Assembly (NCBI GenBank): GCA_964035545.1
Contig: OZ037769.1
Location: forward strand, 11,190,633-11,254,632
Length of the DNA: 64,000 nt
DNA from: Bugula neritina
Taxonomy: Eukaryota; Animalia; Bryozoa
Reading direction: 5' to 3'
Position numbers and translations under genes: made by a program. This document shows positions 25,902 through 50,400 of this stretch, in pieces; within the stretch, counting starts at the first letter, position 1; each line of letters opens with the position of its first letter. The notes under the pieces were generated by a model. It was not told where the DNA came from. It saw only the letters and a list, made by a program, of their open reading frames with translations, and ran no database searches.

Positions 25902-28607
25902 TTACAAAACAGCAAATGCTGTAACTAGTGCTAACCCTGGTCCAATGTAAGTTTTCACTAGAGGCTTCCTTATAGACTTTCCAGTTGCTGCGGAAGTCCT
26001 ACCTCAACTGAGGTAATAAACTGAGGTAATAATAGTAATACTATTACTATTAGTATTAGTATTAGAATTACTATTAGTATTAGTAAATGACTAAATGTTA
26101 TACTTATATCTTATAGTTATACTAATACTATTACTTTAGTAATACTTATGGTTATACTAATGCCAATACTGATAACTAATAAGTAATAATATTGTAATTA
26201 CTAATTATTTCATTTTATTTTATAATAATAATATGCAATTTCAATTTGATTTTATCATTTACATTATGATTATTATATTTATTCATTATTGGTATTATTC
26301 TTAATATTTCTACGATTAAGTGATTATCATTATGATTATAATTATTTATAATTATACTATAACTATTACTATTAGTATTAGTGTTACTATTAGTTTTAGT
26401 ATTACTATTACTATTACTGTTAGTATAGTTATTAAATTTAATATACCAAGTCTAATACTAATATTACTAATAGTAATAGTAATAGTAATCCTTGTAGTTG
26501 TAGTAACCTACTAACTATGAGATTGAGGATAAATCTAATCACAATAATTGAACGAGTCAATGTGAATGTTAACCAGAGTTGAGTCTAGGAATAGCTGCAG
26601 TATCCATTGTCATTGTGATTCATATAGTGATAGTAACACTGCAACAGTGATAAGCGCACAGCCAGGATTGAAAGTATCATATTGATATTCAAGGTGATAC
26701 TGGCTGGCGGTTAGTGATACTATCACATTTTTATTTTACTAAAAGTAAGATTAAAAGTAAAGCTAAACGTGATACTAATAGTAATGTTTATATTTAGTAA
26801 GTGTAAGATTAAATGCTATGCTAATATAGTAATAGTTATACACTTACATTATTATACTCATAGTGACGATAGTAGTTGTTGCATTTACTGATAACATTCA
26901 AAATTAATGTCATAGTGATAGCAATTTAATTTTAGTAATTCTTACTATAAATGTTTGACTTGATGATTATGCATTTAAGATTTGACTTTATGTCAATGCT
27001 AACTCTTGCTCTTAGTTACCCTTGATTGTTACTGTTAAACGTAAGAAGTACTAATTAGAATACAGCTTAGGGTTAGTGTTACCATGTTTAAATCTTCATA
27101 TATCGATTCTGCTTTGTAAAATTTCTTTAGTTACAGCTCGACTTAAATCAGTATAACATATTTAGTGGTTTGAGAAGGAGTGCTAGTGTAAATCACTAAA
27201 AGTAAATGTCTGATTATTAGTACTAGATTGTCAAATTTTTTATCATTAAAATAAAATTTAGATATAAAATTTTAATGATATAATCATTCATTCATTGAAA
27301 ACTTTAAAATTCATCTTTTTAGTTATCCTGGCATTTTTATATCATAATTTTTAAATTTACAAACATAAATTCTCTGTTATTCCTATAGTAAGGAAAAGAT
27401 GTCACATGAAACTGAAAGAAATGACCATGCTAGATTATATGTAAATTAAATTTTGCCTCAAGAATGCTTTTTTGGGCATTTTGGTTTTATGTAATACAAA
27501 GTACATTTTACAGTGTTTATAGCTTTGTGCTGTATACTATCAGTAAATCTCAAGTTTCCAAAACTAAGTGTGAATAAGCAAATAAGAATTAATACAATTT
27601 CTATTTTAAGTGCCAACAATATAATTAATATAATGATAGTTATCATGATTATTTTAATTACAATATTAACTCTAAGTTCTAGGTACTGTAGGATTATAGT
27701 CTGAAAATTAGCAAATAATTGCTACCGATACAAATGTAATATATTTTATGCAGAGTCTTATAATATCAAGTAAATACATGGTTCTACTTAATTTTATGTC
27801 TATTATCAATGATAGTATAATTATGGCTGTCTACTTATATGTATTTATTTACAAGATAAAATTAGATGTATTTTGATTGTCATTATTGCACTATTAATCA
27901 GCTTAGTAATTCTTAGGCCCTATACTATTATTGCCATCAGCGTTTTTAGGAGTAAGTATGTATTGCTATACAGTGCTCACTGAATTTAAAATATTGAATT
28001 GGCTATTTTTTTTTAAATTGTAAAATCTAAGTCTAACCTAAAGATAAGTTTAAGTTGTATTTTTAACCAAGGAGTAAAATTAACCATAATAATTGACCAC
28101 ACAGTTCTTAAAGTTCACTAATCATATTGAAAACATGAACCCCGACTAATTAGCCAGAGTAATATCAGTATTGTTAACCAAATTTTATAATTAGTATATT
28201 CACTAGCCTACATGAGAGCTAAAGTTATACCTTACTCTCTGTTTATTTATTTTTATGTTCATTAAAATGGTGGTTTTTTAGATTGTATTCAAAATTTGTT
28301 CACGTCTTAGTTAGATTACACATAATATGAGGTTTACATAAGCTAAATCAGCTAATTGCTACAATAAGAATAAATTTTATCTTAGAGTAAATGCACAACA
28401 ATGAAGATTTTTGGGATGGAGAGGGCTAAAAATTTAAGTTTCTTAAAATGTTTTGATAAACCATACTTTGATAAATGTTTAAAATTAAAAGCTTGTTTTC
28501 CACTATATGTTTTTTAGGCAAACATTGTATACTTTTGATTGATTTGTATGTTTTACAGTTTACAGAGGAAGTTGAAAGAATACTGATTGACGTGAGAAAG
28601 CAGAAAA

Positions 28608-39515
<10,908 letters not shown>

Positions 39516-41359
39516 ATGACCTATCGATTGGGTAAGCTTTCTTTCCTGGAATTGACTGATTCCTTTTAGAATAATTTAGAGTTTGGAGTCGGGAGACATT
39601 CTGTTAAATGAAGTGCACGTCTTCTTGTTGCATAAGAATGTAGTTTCACTTAAATCACGTTGCCTATGCTTACACAATGCTCTGATCAATATTTGTTACA
39701 TCAACTGTAATCAAATTTCCTTCTGAGTGACGCAATCCTTTTAAATATCTCTAAGATAATTCTTCTTCATGGATATAATAATATATTAAACTTGCTTGGC
39801 TGTAGCTAATAATATAGGACCGGTGACTTCTCTTCGTTTAATTTAAACTATTGATTTTTGAGCAAAGAAGGATTTAGTCACGTTTACTGTCATGTATGTG
39901 TTTTGTAAGTGTTGATATACCTGAGCACTGTTGATTAAACTACTCCACGGACACAATAATTTATTCTAGCAGTTTAGTGAATTTTTAGTATTTAGTGAGC
40001 CCTATCTTCACCTTTTCAGCAAATCTTTCTTTCATCATCTGATTTTTCATCTTCAATGAAATAAATTGATAACAATGTAGCCTTATGTGAGATGGCGCCT
40101 TATAAAACGTTTGGGAGACAACTCCAATATACATAATTAATTCAATTTTATGGAGAAGTATGTAGCTGATGGCACCTTTGCTGCATTTTAAAGTTTATAC
40201 TTTACAGTTGCTACTTGTGTTCAGTGCATATAGATGTGTTTTATTTCATAAGCAACAGCTATATAAAAAGTTATAATTAAAAAGACTCTGGTGCTGTGAA
40301 CAATGTGCTTTGTGTTTGTGTTGTAGTTGTTTGGTTGTACAAAGTTTCTCTACTGGATCTACTACAGTGATATATATGTATTGCATTTGGCTATATCTGG
40401 CCGAATGGGAAGGAGTTCAGTGGCTAACCAGTAACCAGTATACACTGTAGGCACCATCACGTGGCGTCTGCTGCACATTTCTGTATCACTACGCCATTAG
40501 CTAGATGGCTACATTTTAACAATCTATTAAACTAGTAATTTATGACGTAAGACTGCTTTATACTAAAAACGTCTAGCATATGGTTTTGTACTGAAATGGA
40601 CGTTATTGTTTTTCGTTTAAAGACTTTATTTTCAACACATTATTAGTTCAACTAGTCTTGGTTTATTAGCATGTCTAATCCATACATTAACTTTTTTAGT
40701 GTCGAGATATTCCACATCTTAAGTGATGACTATTACTGTAATTCTAACGTTTAAATCAATGTAATTAGATATATAATTGTATCTGTGTATTTGTGTGTTT
40801 GTTTGAAGCATACTCTGTAATAGCTGAGTCTCTATTATATTAATAATATTACAGTGTTATTACTCTAAAACTCTATTTGTGTAATGAGATATTACATCCG
40901 GCACCTGCTTACTCTATTCTGCAACTGACTGGGCTTTTGAAAAGGAGAGAGTTATTTTATTAGTAAACAATGTACATCAACATAGTATTTATGGACAATA
41001 ATTGAAGTGACAAATAATATCAATTATTTCAGTTGAACAGCAGTAATATAATTCACATAAAATTATCATAGGTTTTGAGAAAGCAATTTTGTCAAAAACA
41101 CCCATCAAACTTGATCATTATTCTTTTACTCTGAATGCTCTGGAAACATTCAACCATGAAGGTGTAAACGCGCTATTAATTGGTTTCAAGGTTAAGAATA
41201 AGAGTTGCCTTTTCGCTAATTATTCCAAGAGTTGGTTTTTTAGCACATGAGTTTAGACCAAGTTAAGGAAAAAATATAATAAATTTTTAAAACGTATGTA
41301 GTAATATTCTGAATTTGCAATTCACAATTTGTAAAATAAAATCGAATGCTAAAATTTAA

Positions 41360-41518
41360 CAGACCTTTGACCGCTTCACAAAGCTAGTCGCTTCCGGCGA
41401 TCATGAGAAGTTCAATCTACGATTGAAGTTGGTTTATAATAATTATATTAATTTTTTAATTGTTATAGCGGTTATCGCTACAATCAGATTACTTGACGAC
41501 AACTCAATCATATGAATC
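41360..41518 (+). promoter_or_regulatory. Probable VMP1 promoter / non-coding first exon
   Basis: CpG-containing island with an ETS-like CTTCCGG at 41391 and a strong donor c|gtaagt at 41519; the VMP1 ATG exon has an upstream acceptor at 44439. Confidence 0.45.
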
Positions 41519-41759
41519 GTAAGTAGTAAATGCAGCAACTAAATTTTATATTGTTGATGCATATTTAAGCAAAAATTAACCCTTGGAATTGTGAATCAGA
41601 ATGGGCGATTCAGTTTGAGTTTGCCGATTGGAGTTGGACATTGACTTGTGACATTCACTTTCAGTTTCACATTGATAATTCACAATTGATTTTAAATCAT
41701 AAATGTCAGTGTGGTTTTCACTTTGAATGTGTGTTACACTTAATCTAATGTTACTGTTA

Positions 41760-42037
41760 GTGCTACTGTTGACAGTTGACTGTTGAGTGTTGAACTTCAA
41801 GTTCAACGCTCAACTGTCAACAGTAACACAAAGATTAAGATTGTTATTTTTAATATTATTAATTATTATTATTAAATTTAATAAAATAGTTGAAAATAAC
41901 ATTAACTTAAGTGAGTGAGTTTAACTTCAAGTTCAACTTGAAGTTAAACTCACTAACTTAAGTTAATGTTATTTTCAGCTATATTATTAAATTTAATAAT
42001 AATATTTATCATTATTTAATAATATTAAAAATAATAA
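41760..42037. repeat. Two adjacent near-perfect palindromes centred at 41798 and 41934
   Basis: Arms of about 31-38 bp and about 95-105 bp, each with a 1-nt centre. Confidence 0.9.
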
Positions 42038-43735
42038 TAATATAGTCAATTCTTCAATTTTAAAATTGAATAATTTTTCGATATAAAATAATTAAATATG
42101 AGCATGAGTTGAATATAAATGTTAATTAAAAGATAGTTGTAAGTTACACTTATTGTTGGTGTTACTGACTTGCTCATAGTTATAGTCATTAGACTTGGAG
42201 TTGATTATTTTTATTACATTTCTGGCATTATAATAAGATTATGATTATGATCATTATGATCAGACTTACAGTTATATTTACACTTACAGTGCGTGTTACT
42301 GTTAGTGTTACTTTTCCTCTAACTCTTAGGTTGAACTTAGAGTTAGTCTCTGTTTTACTCTTAGTCGGTAACTATGACCAATATCAGAATATTGTAATTG
42401 TACTCTTCTATTTTTTTGGTAAAATATAAGTTTTTTTGGTTTCTCTAACCATCTACTTTATAGAATCACCAAAAATGCTACTCATTAACTTATAGAAAAC
42501 ACAAACCAACACATCACTGCCCTGATGCAGTGTTGTAGTAATTGGTGTAAAATATAGATGGGTATAAGTGTAATGTATTTCCAATGATCATTATCATGAT
42601 GATGACTATGTTACAAAAATAAATAGTTGCAAATTTAGTACTAGTAAGCTACAATTAAAATGTTGCTCATTACTGACATTAAAATTGTCTTTATAATCGT
42701 ATACTAATTCCTTGAATATTAATAATGAAAATAGTTCAATGGTGACTTGAATTTTAAAACTCTGACATGATTGCCCATTGCATTAATTTAGGGAAGTTTA
42801 AATTCAGGAACACTAAATGCTAAGAAGGCTAAAAACTGAAATAGTGCTTAGTTTTTATTTTGTTATGGCTATTAAGAACATCAACATAGCAGGCTAAAAT
42901 ACAAAATCTTTTAAAATTTTATTTGTTCCAGTTTGTCACGTTCCAATTTTTATGAAATAGTATCAATTTTAGTTTGATCAGGCGCACATTATGCAAATTT
43001 TTTAGTCATTAGTGGTTGAACATAGCATTGGCATACTTTACCTTTAGTAATACTAAGTATTTTAATTTTATAGTAATTATTAACTATCAAGTAATGACTA
43101 GTAATAGCACGATTTTCACTCACTAGGTATGCTAGCAATAATATTTAAATTTAGCACAGTGAAAATCTAACTCTAGTGCATGAAGTGTTGAGTGACGACA
43201 CTGTGTAATAACATTCTCTCAATATTGAAAATATCAGTGTGGCAACCTCTATAATTATGATAATTTCAAGTTGAAAATTAAGTTCTTTATTTTTCTTAAC
43301 CAATACTTGGCTAGTTTAATCAATTAAGAATTGACTTTGTCCTATTAGAACCAGTTTCAATCATGTGCTGGACTAGATTAGTTGTTGTAAGAATAATAAA
43401 CTAAATTCAAGTAGCCAGTATACTTTATGAATTATTTTATTATTTAGCTGTTTACACTACAAGTTCAATGTTTGCCATTATAATTCAACTCTTGTGTAAT
43501 GAAATTAAAATCACCATTGCTATTAAGTGTGATATTTACAATTTTGTATCACAGAACTGCAGTTGCCACAGCACTTACATTGAACATGCTGCAAAGAGCT
43601 GATGAAGTGTACCTAAATACTTTTCTCTGAAAATATGCAAGGTTTATATGTTACTCTTGTTATGGCACCACGTGGATTTTATCTTCTTTATTGTATTTAT
43701 TCATCTTCAGCTAACAAGTTAATGTCACTGGAAAT

Positions 43736-44206
43736 ATGACTGTTAAAGATCTCATCAAAAAAATTTCAAAAACAATAGCTAATGAAAATAAAAGTGCTTC
43801 CCATACTCCACCAAAACCTGCCAAATCACAAAACACACTTAAAATATCTGGCAAGTCTATAGGGAAGCCTGCTGTAGTACAGCCATCAACAGTGCAGCGC
43901 ACTAGCACCAAATCTACAGCCAGCAGCAGCAGCAATACCCAAACCAATAGTGCCAGTCAGCCAGATGATTTTGATAGCATGGTAATCGTTGCCCAGGCCG
44001 ACGCTAAAGGCCGGCTGGTGCAGGCAAAACCAATGATTAAACAGCGAAAAATGTTCAAGTCTAAAGCAAACTTTGGAAATTCCAGAGTGCTTCATTATCA
44101 CAGTTCTTCCATTGAAGAAGTTCAACCACATTTAGCATCTCCTCGATCTAAACCAAATGATATTGTTCTGCTGTATCAAGATTTGTCAGAACTTGTATTT
44201 ACTTCG
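43736..44206 (+). CDS. Orphan basic, Ser/Thr-rich coding exon; can splice in frame to VMP1 (putative long isoform)
   Basis: Acceptor ttcatcttcag at 43710, ATG 43736 with upstream in-frame TAA, 157 open codons, phase-0 donor TCG|gtatgt at 44207; next acceptor 44439 is in frame with the VMP1 ATG at 44467. Confidence 0.6.
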
Positions 44207-44466
44207 GTATGTTGAGATACCCAGATTAAAATCTAGAATTAAACAATTACACGTTTGGTTCCGAGAATAATCTGAAATTAAATTAAGTTCTTTAGGAAAT
44301 AAAATACAATTACATGTGTTCAAATGTTATATACTGATTACACCTGTAATAATCTCTATTCTCTCCTTAAACCTTATCAATTACCCATGTGGCAGTTTTC
44401 CCATAGTACTTGTCAGTCTTTACTTGTTCCATTTTTTAGCTGTCTTCACTAGTTGGCAGTTTTAAA

Positions 44467-47400
44467 ATGCCTAAAGGAGATTCGCGTTTGAAACGTCGGG
44501 CCTTACATGAAGACTCTCAGGTAAGCCAGCTTATCAAATTTGCTGCTTTTATGCAACCACTTCTACTTGAAGTTATTGTAATTGCCGTGAAGTTGGGGGA
44601 ATGGGTAGCTCTAGAGTCTAAAGGTTACAACACTTTCATGGAACTGGAAATTTTAAACAGTTCCCCTCTAATTATTATAATAGTGTAACCCAAAAGTATG
44701 ATTTTGGCAATTCACCTGTATATAATTATTATGTAGTTTGATTTTAATAGGTGGAGTTACTTAAACTGCTTATGAACATTTTCCCAGTAGTACCCATATC
44801 ATGCTGAGCATGCATCTGATTATTCATTGTACATTTGTAAGCAGAGACTGCTAAAGGTGCAATGCTTGCTGAGTATCTCTCTACTATTTAAAATGTAGAC
44901 TAGCTTGAATGGCCGTCCGTCTTCCAACCTTGACACAACGAATAGCATTATGCATATGCAAGAAAAAAATGAAAGAAGTGGGCTCGTTATGTGGTGGAGA
45001 CCAATTTTTACACTCTGGTATTTTATTCTAGAATGTAAAACACTACTTTTCATCAACACAGTAAAGTGAGTATACATCAGTTTGCTTCCTAATTCTTTGT
45101 TGCTATTACATACTTCAGATTCAACCTCATTCATTATTTTTATTGAAAGTAATTTCTCGAAAGTTTATAAGTTGACAGAATATACTTTCCAAGACCTTAA
45201 GTTAATACTTGTAAGCATTTAGTCTACCGACAAATATAGATGCAGTTAATATGTTTGTGTATTTCAATTGAAATTTAGTTTGTAAAAGTTCTTATTGTGT
45301 TGAAAGCAGATACATCATGTTTACTGTTCCATAGGTTATGGCATAATAAAGGAAAAGTGTTGGCATTTCTTATGTTTTTGTCGATGCTGGTTACACTGTA
45401 CAATGTAGAAGGATCTCACCAACAGGTAGGCTATTCTCTAATAGATATATCAAAGTGGTAGACATGATATAACCCTACTCTTGTTAGTGGGTCCCTCTAG
45501 CTTTTAGAAATATTTTAAGTACACATGGGTGGGTCATTTAAGTAGAATTGTTCCATAAGCAGCTTTGAGTTTAGGGTGAAGGGCGATTTTAGCTTGGGGT
45601 TTTCAAGTTTGGAGTTTATGAGCTAACTACAAACTTCAGACCCCCAAACTATAATCGTCTTTCACCACCAACTCGGAGCTGCTTATAGAACCATTCATTT
45701 TAATACCTAACACTAATACATTTATCTTTAGCTATCATTAGTTTAAACCTAGTTTTGCAGATTAAGATATAGTTGCATATTATTCCCAAAGGTTATTTAT
45801 TTTAACGCTTCATAGTTTAGTTTAAAATCTCAGTAGTCCAAAATTATTAGACTGTCATTATGCTTGAAAACAGTTCAGATTTTTGTTATGCACAAAACTC
45901 TTTTTATTGAAAAGTTGTCTTGGTACGATTGAAAAATTTTTAATGCTAAAGATCATGCGTGAAGATGAGAGATTAAATTCAACTCGGAACAAACTACAGT
46001 GCTCTATCCATATCTCACAGTTCTATTTCTCACGAAGTTCCATAGGTCACACAAGGGCTTGGATTCGGTTTTGTGGCTTGTGTATGTGTGTATAGAGACA
46101 AAATGGCCGAATTTTACGAATCTTTGAATTAAATATGGTATTCTACTATGTCACGAATTGAGGTTTCGGGACTGCAGCTTAGTGAAATACGAAGGAACAT
46201 ATAACCTCTAAACTAACTTTTAATTGGATCACAAGAAATCACACCATTACAGCTGTAGTCACTAGTTTGTGAAAGTGGTAGATGGACTTCCTCTGCCACC
46301 AGTCTGTACTAATTATACTATCTCAGTGAGATAGATCCATGGAAAGCCAGTGATATATAGCTAAACTTGAGTGGTTCTGAAAAACCTTGTCATCACTAAT
46401 GCTAGCGGTGAATAAAAGCACTGCTATCTGCTTCTGGTTCTACTCATTTACCAGTGTATTACCAATCTTCTCCTGTAGATGATGGTCACAGGTTTTTTAG
46501 ATTTGTTAGAATGAACTTGGAAATGTTTAGTTAATTCATAACTTCCAAAATTAATGAAGAGCCTGCACTCAGAAATTAAGCACGAAGCCTTTGTAAAACC
46601 CCCTCCCCTGCACACTAAATTTGGGTTTTAAGGTGCAATTTGCTAAATAGCTATTTACCTTGGGCTTGACCTATATATAAATCATTGGACTGATTATTAG
46701 ATTGTGTCCATAAAAATCTGTTGGCTACTATAGTTAGTATTGTGGTCTTGTCTATTCCATTAACCTGTGAGCTCAGCACCTTTTTATTGATAACTTATAA
46801 CAGGGAAAACGAATAGTTCTACTCCCTTGCCCTTTTACTTGAAGTTTTCTCCACTGCCTAGAGTTTAATCTATCAAAATAATGAAAACTATAGTGACTTG
46901 TTAAAAAAATTTTAATAGACTATAGCTTATAGTTAATCAGCATTATCTTCAGTAAACTCTACACTCAAAATAAGTTGAAAATATTAAACTTCAAATCGAT
47001 AATGTAAAAGCTAATTTGCTGCATAGTAAAACAATATATTACGTATTATGTATATGTTATTATTGACTGGAAATGTTAAATTACTGAAATTATGAGTTTG
47101 ATTTTAGTGTTCTAACGCCAGGTGCACAGCTCCTACAGCTTTAAACAACTTTTATAAAAGAAATTGAAAATGCTAAGTAGTATTGAGAAGTAGTGCTAAT
47201 TACTAGTCCATTGGAGCTCAGGGCTAGAGGAACATGAGGGTTGGCCTAGAGTGCCTATCTGGTTTGGACATTGTCCTGATAGAAAATGCTGCATAAATAA
47301 TATACCTTGAAATTATATTTAAACAGTAGTTGTATCTTACTTTGGAACCCTGATTTTAGCGAAATCTTGTAAGCAATATGTACATCGGAACAAATATCTT

Positions 47401-50400
47401 ACCACATGGTTGATGAATTAAGGCAGTCAAATTCTTAGCTGGTAGAGGAAGCGTTGGGCTATTGACTAACATATAATTTGTAATGTCGGCTTCCCTTCAA
47501 ACTTTCAATCAGTGAGAGTTTAAATATAGTTGTCAGTATTGTCTAACATTTTTTGTCCAATTGTAGTATATACAAAATACGGAGAAAAAGGTGCAGTGGT
47601 GGCTGTATTGGGTAATCCTTGGAATCATGTCTTCAGTGGGATTGGGCACAGGACTCCACACCTTCGTTCTGTATTTAGTGAGTTCCTACGCTACCAATAT
47701 GACATTTGTATGTTTTATTTCAGTTTTTACAATTCTGTTAAACCGCTAAGATCTTTTTAGCAGTGAAATTACAATATTTTGAGCGTAGGGAGTGGCTATT
47801 TAAGTTTATAGCCAATAGCAGGTGAGTATGGTGTCCTTGAACTGCCCGTGTTTCTTACAGGGGCCATTTATAGCAAAAGTAACATTAGCTGCTTACGAGT
47901 GCAAGTCTTTAGATTTTCCTCAACCTCCCTACCCTGACTCGTAAGTTTTTTATCTCTCAGTCTAACAGACATTTCAAGTGCCTATACAGCATGTATAGTA
48001 AATAACACATTATTTGAGGAATTATACTTGACATTGTATTTTCAAGATAGGTTTAATTTTCAAAATGTTACAAATACATTAATCCTCAAATATGCATGGG
48101 TAATTTTACTTAATTTAGTATGCACTCGAAATCGTCAGTTTTTAGCTATTTTTCACAATTAGGCTGCTCTAAACGAATCAAAATTTAAAAAATACAACTA
48201 AATAACAAAGGTTCTTTTTAATTTTGATTGATTTCCTATGTTTTTTCCTAATTATTTAGTTAATTTAGAATAAACCAGGACTGTCTGCAAATCCAAAATA
48301 GTTAAATAATTAGGAAGAACATGGGAAATTAAGCAAAATTAAAAAATCCTTGATTATTTAGTTGTATTTATGGATAATTTGCTAGTTATGGGCAAAAAAC
48401 CCGTATAAATTAGCGGGCTAAATCGTGAAAAATATAAAAAAACTGGAAATTTGATGTGTGTACTAAATTTTAAGTGAAAGAACCTACATAATTTCCAAGT
48501 AATAATAAGTATGGAAAAAGCAAATGTACACCTTTATAAAACTGATGGGTGACATAAGTCTGGTGAATTGTTTGTAGGATAGAATGTCCCAGTAGTTCTA
48601 CTCCAGGAGAAACCAGTATCACACTCTGGTCCATCATGAGTAAAGTTAGGTTGGAGGCCATGATGTGGGTGAGTGGAAATTACTGAATCTACTACATGTA
48701 TTGTGCTTATATTCACTCATGGTATAGTAATTTATATGTTAATATAACAATATGAAAAGTAAATAAATGGTGGTGACATACATGTGTTGACTTGGTATAA
48801 TATAGTCATATGTGTTGAGTTAGTATAACATAGTCACATGTGTTGAGTTAGTATAACATAGTCACATGTGTTGAGTTAGTATAACATAGTCACATGTGTT
48901 GAGTTAGTATAACATAGTCATATGTGTTGAGTTAGTATAATATAGCCACACGTATCACGTGTTATTTAGGGTGTAGGTACGGCCATTGGTGAACTGCCCC
49001 CATACTTTATGGCGAGGGCTGCAAAGCTCTCAGACTCTGAGCATGATGAAGATAATGAGGACATAGAAGAAGTGCTTAGTATAGAAGAGCAGGAAAAAAT
49101 AAACCCCAACTATGCTAAGGAATTGGTAAAGTCTGGTTAATACGATGGTTGTTCTTGAACTATCAATTTGGTATAAGTGGCATTTTTTTCAACAATAATG
49201 AAAATAGTCTCATGGCAATTTGCTTTTACAGGGGATTCTGGAACGAACCAAAGTGTACATGCATGACATGGTGCATAAGATGGGTTTCTTTGGAATTCTA
49301 GCCTGTGCCTCAGTGAGTACATCGACTGTGTAATAATGCTGTGGTGCTCTACGTTGTGTTGTGATGATTGATAAGGGGGTTGTGTAGTGAACTTTGAATA
49401 TTTGATCATTGTGTGAGGCTATATATATATATATAATATAGTCACATGTGTTGAGTTAGTATAATATAGACTAACACGTCAAACCTTCATTTAAAATGCT
49501 TGTAACTTATTTATTAAAACTTCGTAGTTAATGTTACTATCACTTTCTTTGCTTAAAATGGATTACTCAATTAATGGTAAAAGTAAAATTGTATTTAATT
49601 GCAGTTTGTTAAATTAATGTTAAGAGTCTGTTTTGGAAAAATTTTAAATAAAGTATCTGATAAATGATTTTATTTAAAACTTCACTGAAATGGCTATGAT
49701 TATTCTACTGATGAATTGGTTTTCTGAGGGCCTCAGATTTTTAATTTGTTGAAGTATTATAACATGGTGCATGCAAGCAGCAAACTGACTAGTAAAGGTG
49801 CTGTCACATTGTGAACGGATTTCTGCTTGGACGCCGTATGGTCTTTTGGACAAAGTTCCGCTCCATTAAATCATGTACAACTTACACCCCCTAGACACAC
49901 TCTGCCGCACTGTAGGCCGTAACGTAAAATGTCAGCCATTTTTAATGTGTCTGGGCTGAAGTTCTCAAAGTGCGCTATTGGATAAGATCTATGACATCTC
50001 ATTGGACATTTATATCCAATAAATTGACCCAAATGTCTTCCTGTCCAATAGGAGCCCGCCGCAACTTTTTTAATCAAGCATTGTTTGATTCTAATGTACC
50101 AAAACGCCCTACAGAAAGCTCAGACATTTGTAAAAATGGCTGACATTTTACGTTACGGCCTACGGTGCGGCAAAGTGTGTCTAGGGAGGATAGAGGTACC
50201 AGTCAACAGGATCATGTTAGATTCAGTTAGTTTCTGTTCTCATTGTTTGATCACTCAACCCACTACAATAAAGTTAGCTTACACTCAATTTTACTCTAAA
50301 TATTGTTACCACACGTTACCATGCAGTAATGCATTTTATTTAGAAAAAAGATCGCAAAAATATGTTCTCACACTTACAAAAGAAAACAGAAACCTAAGCA

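Larger units (their letters stand above)
22658..26029 (+). mobile_element. Non-LTR retrotransposon (CR1/L2-group LINE), 5'-truncated within ORF1
   Basis: ORF1 plus APE-RT ORF2; putative 9-bp TSD TAATAGTAA at 22649-22657 and 26030-26038; 3' tail of two ACTGAGGTAATAA units; imperfect stem-loop in the 3' UTR (about 25961-26005). Confidence 0.9.

Noticed and set aside
25955-26010. Self-cleaving ribozyme in the LINE 3' UTR
   Set aside because: Only an imperfect stem-loop; no complete hammerhead core or HDV-like pseudoknot recognisable
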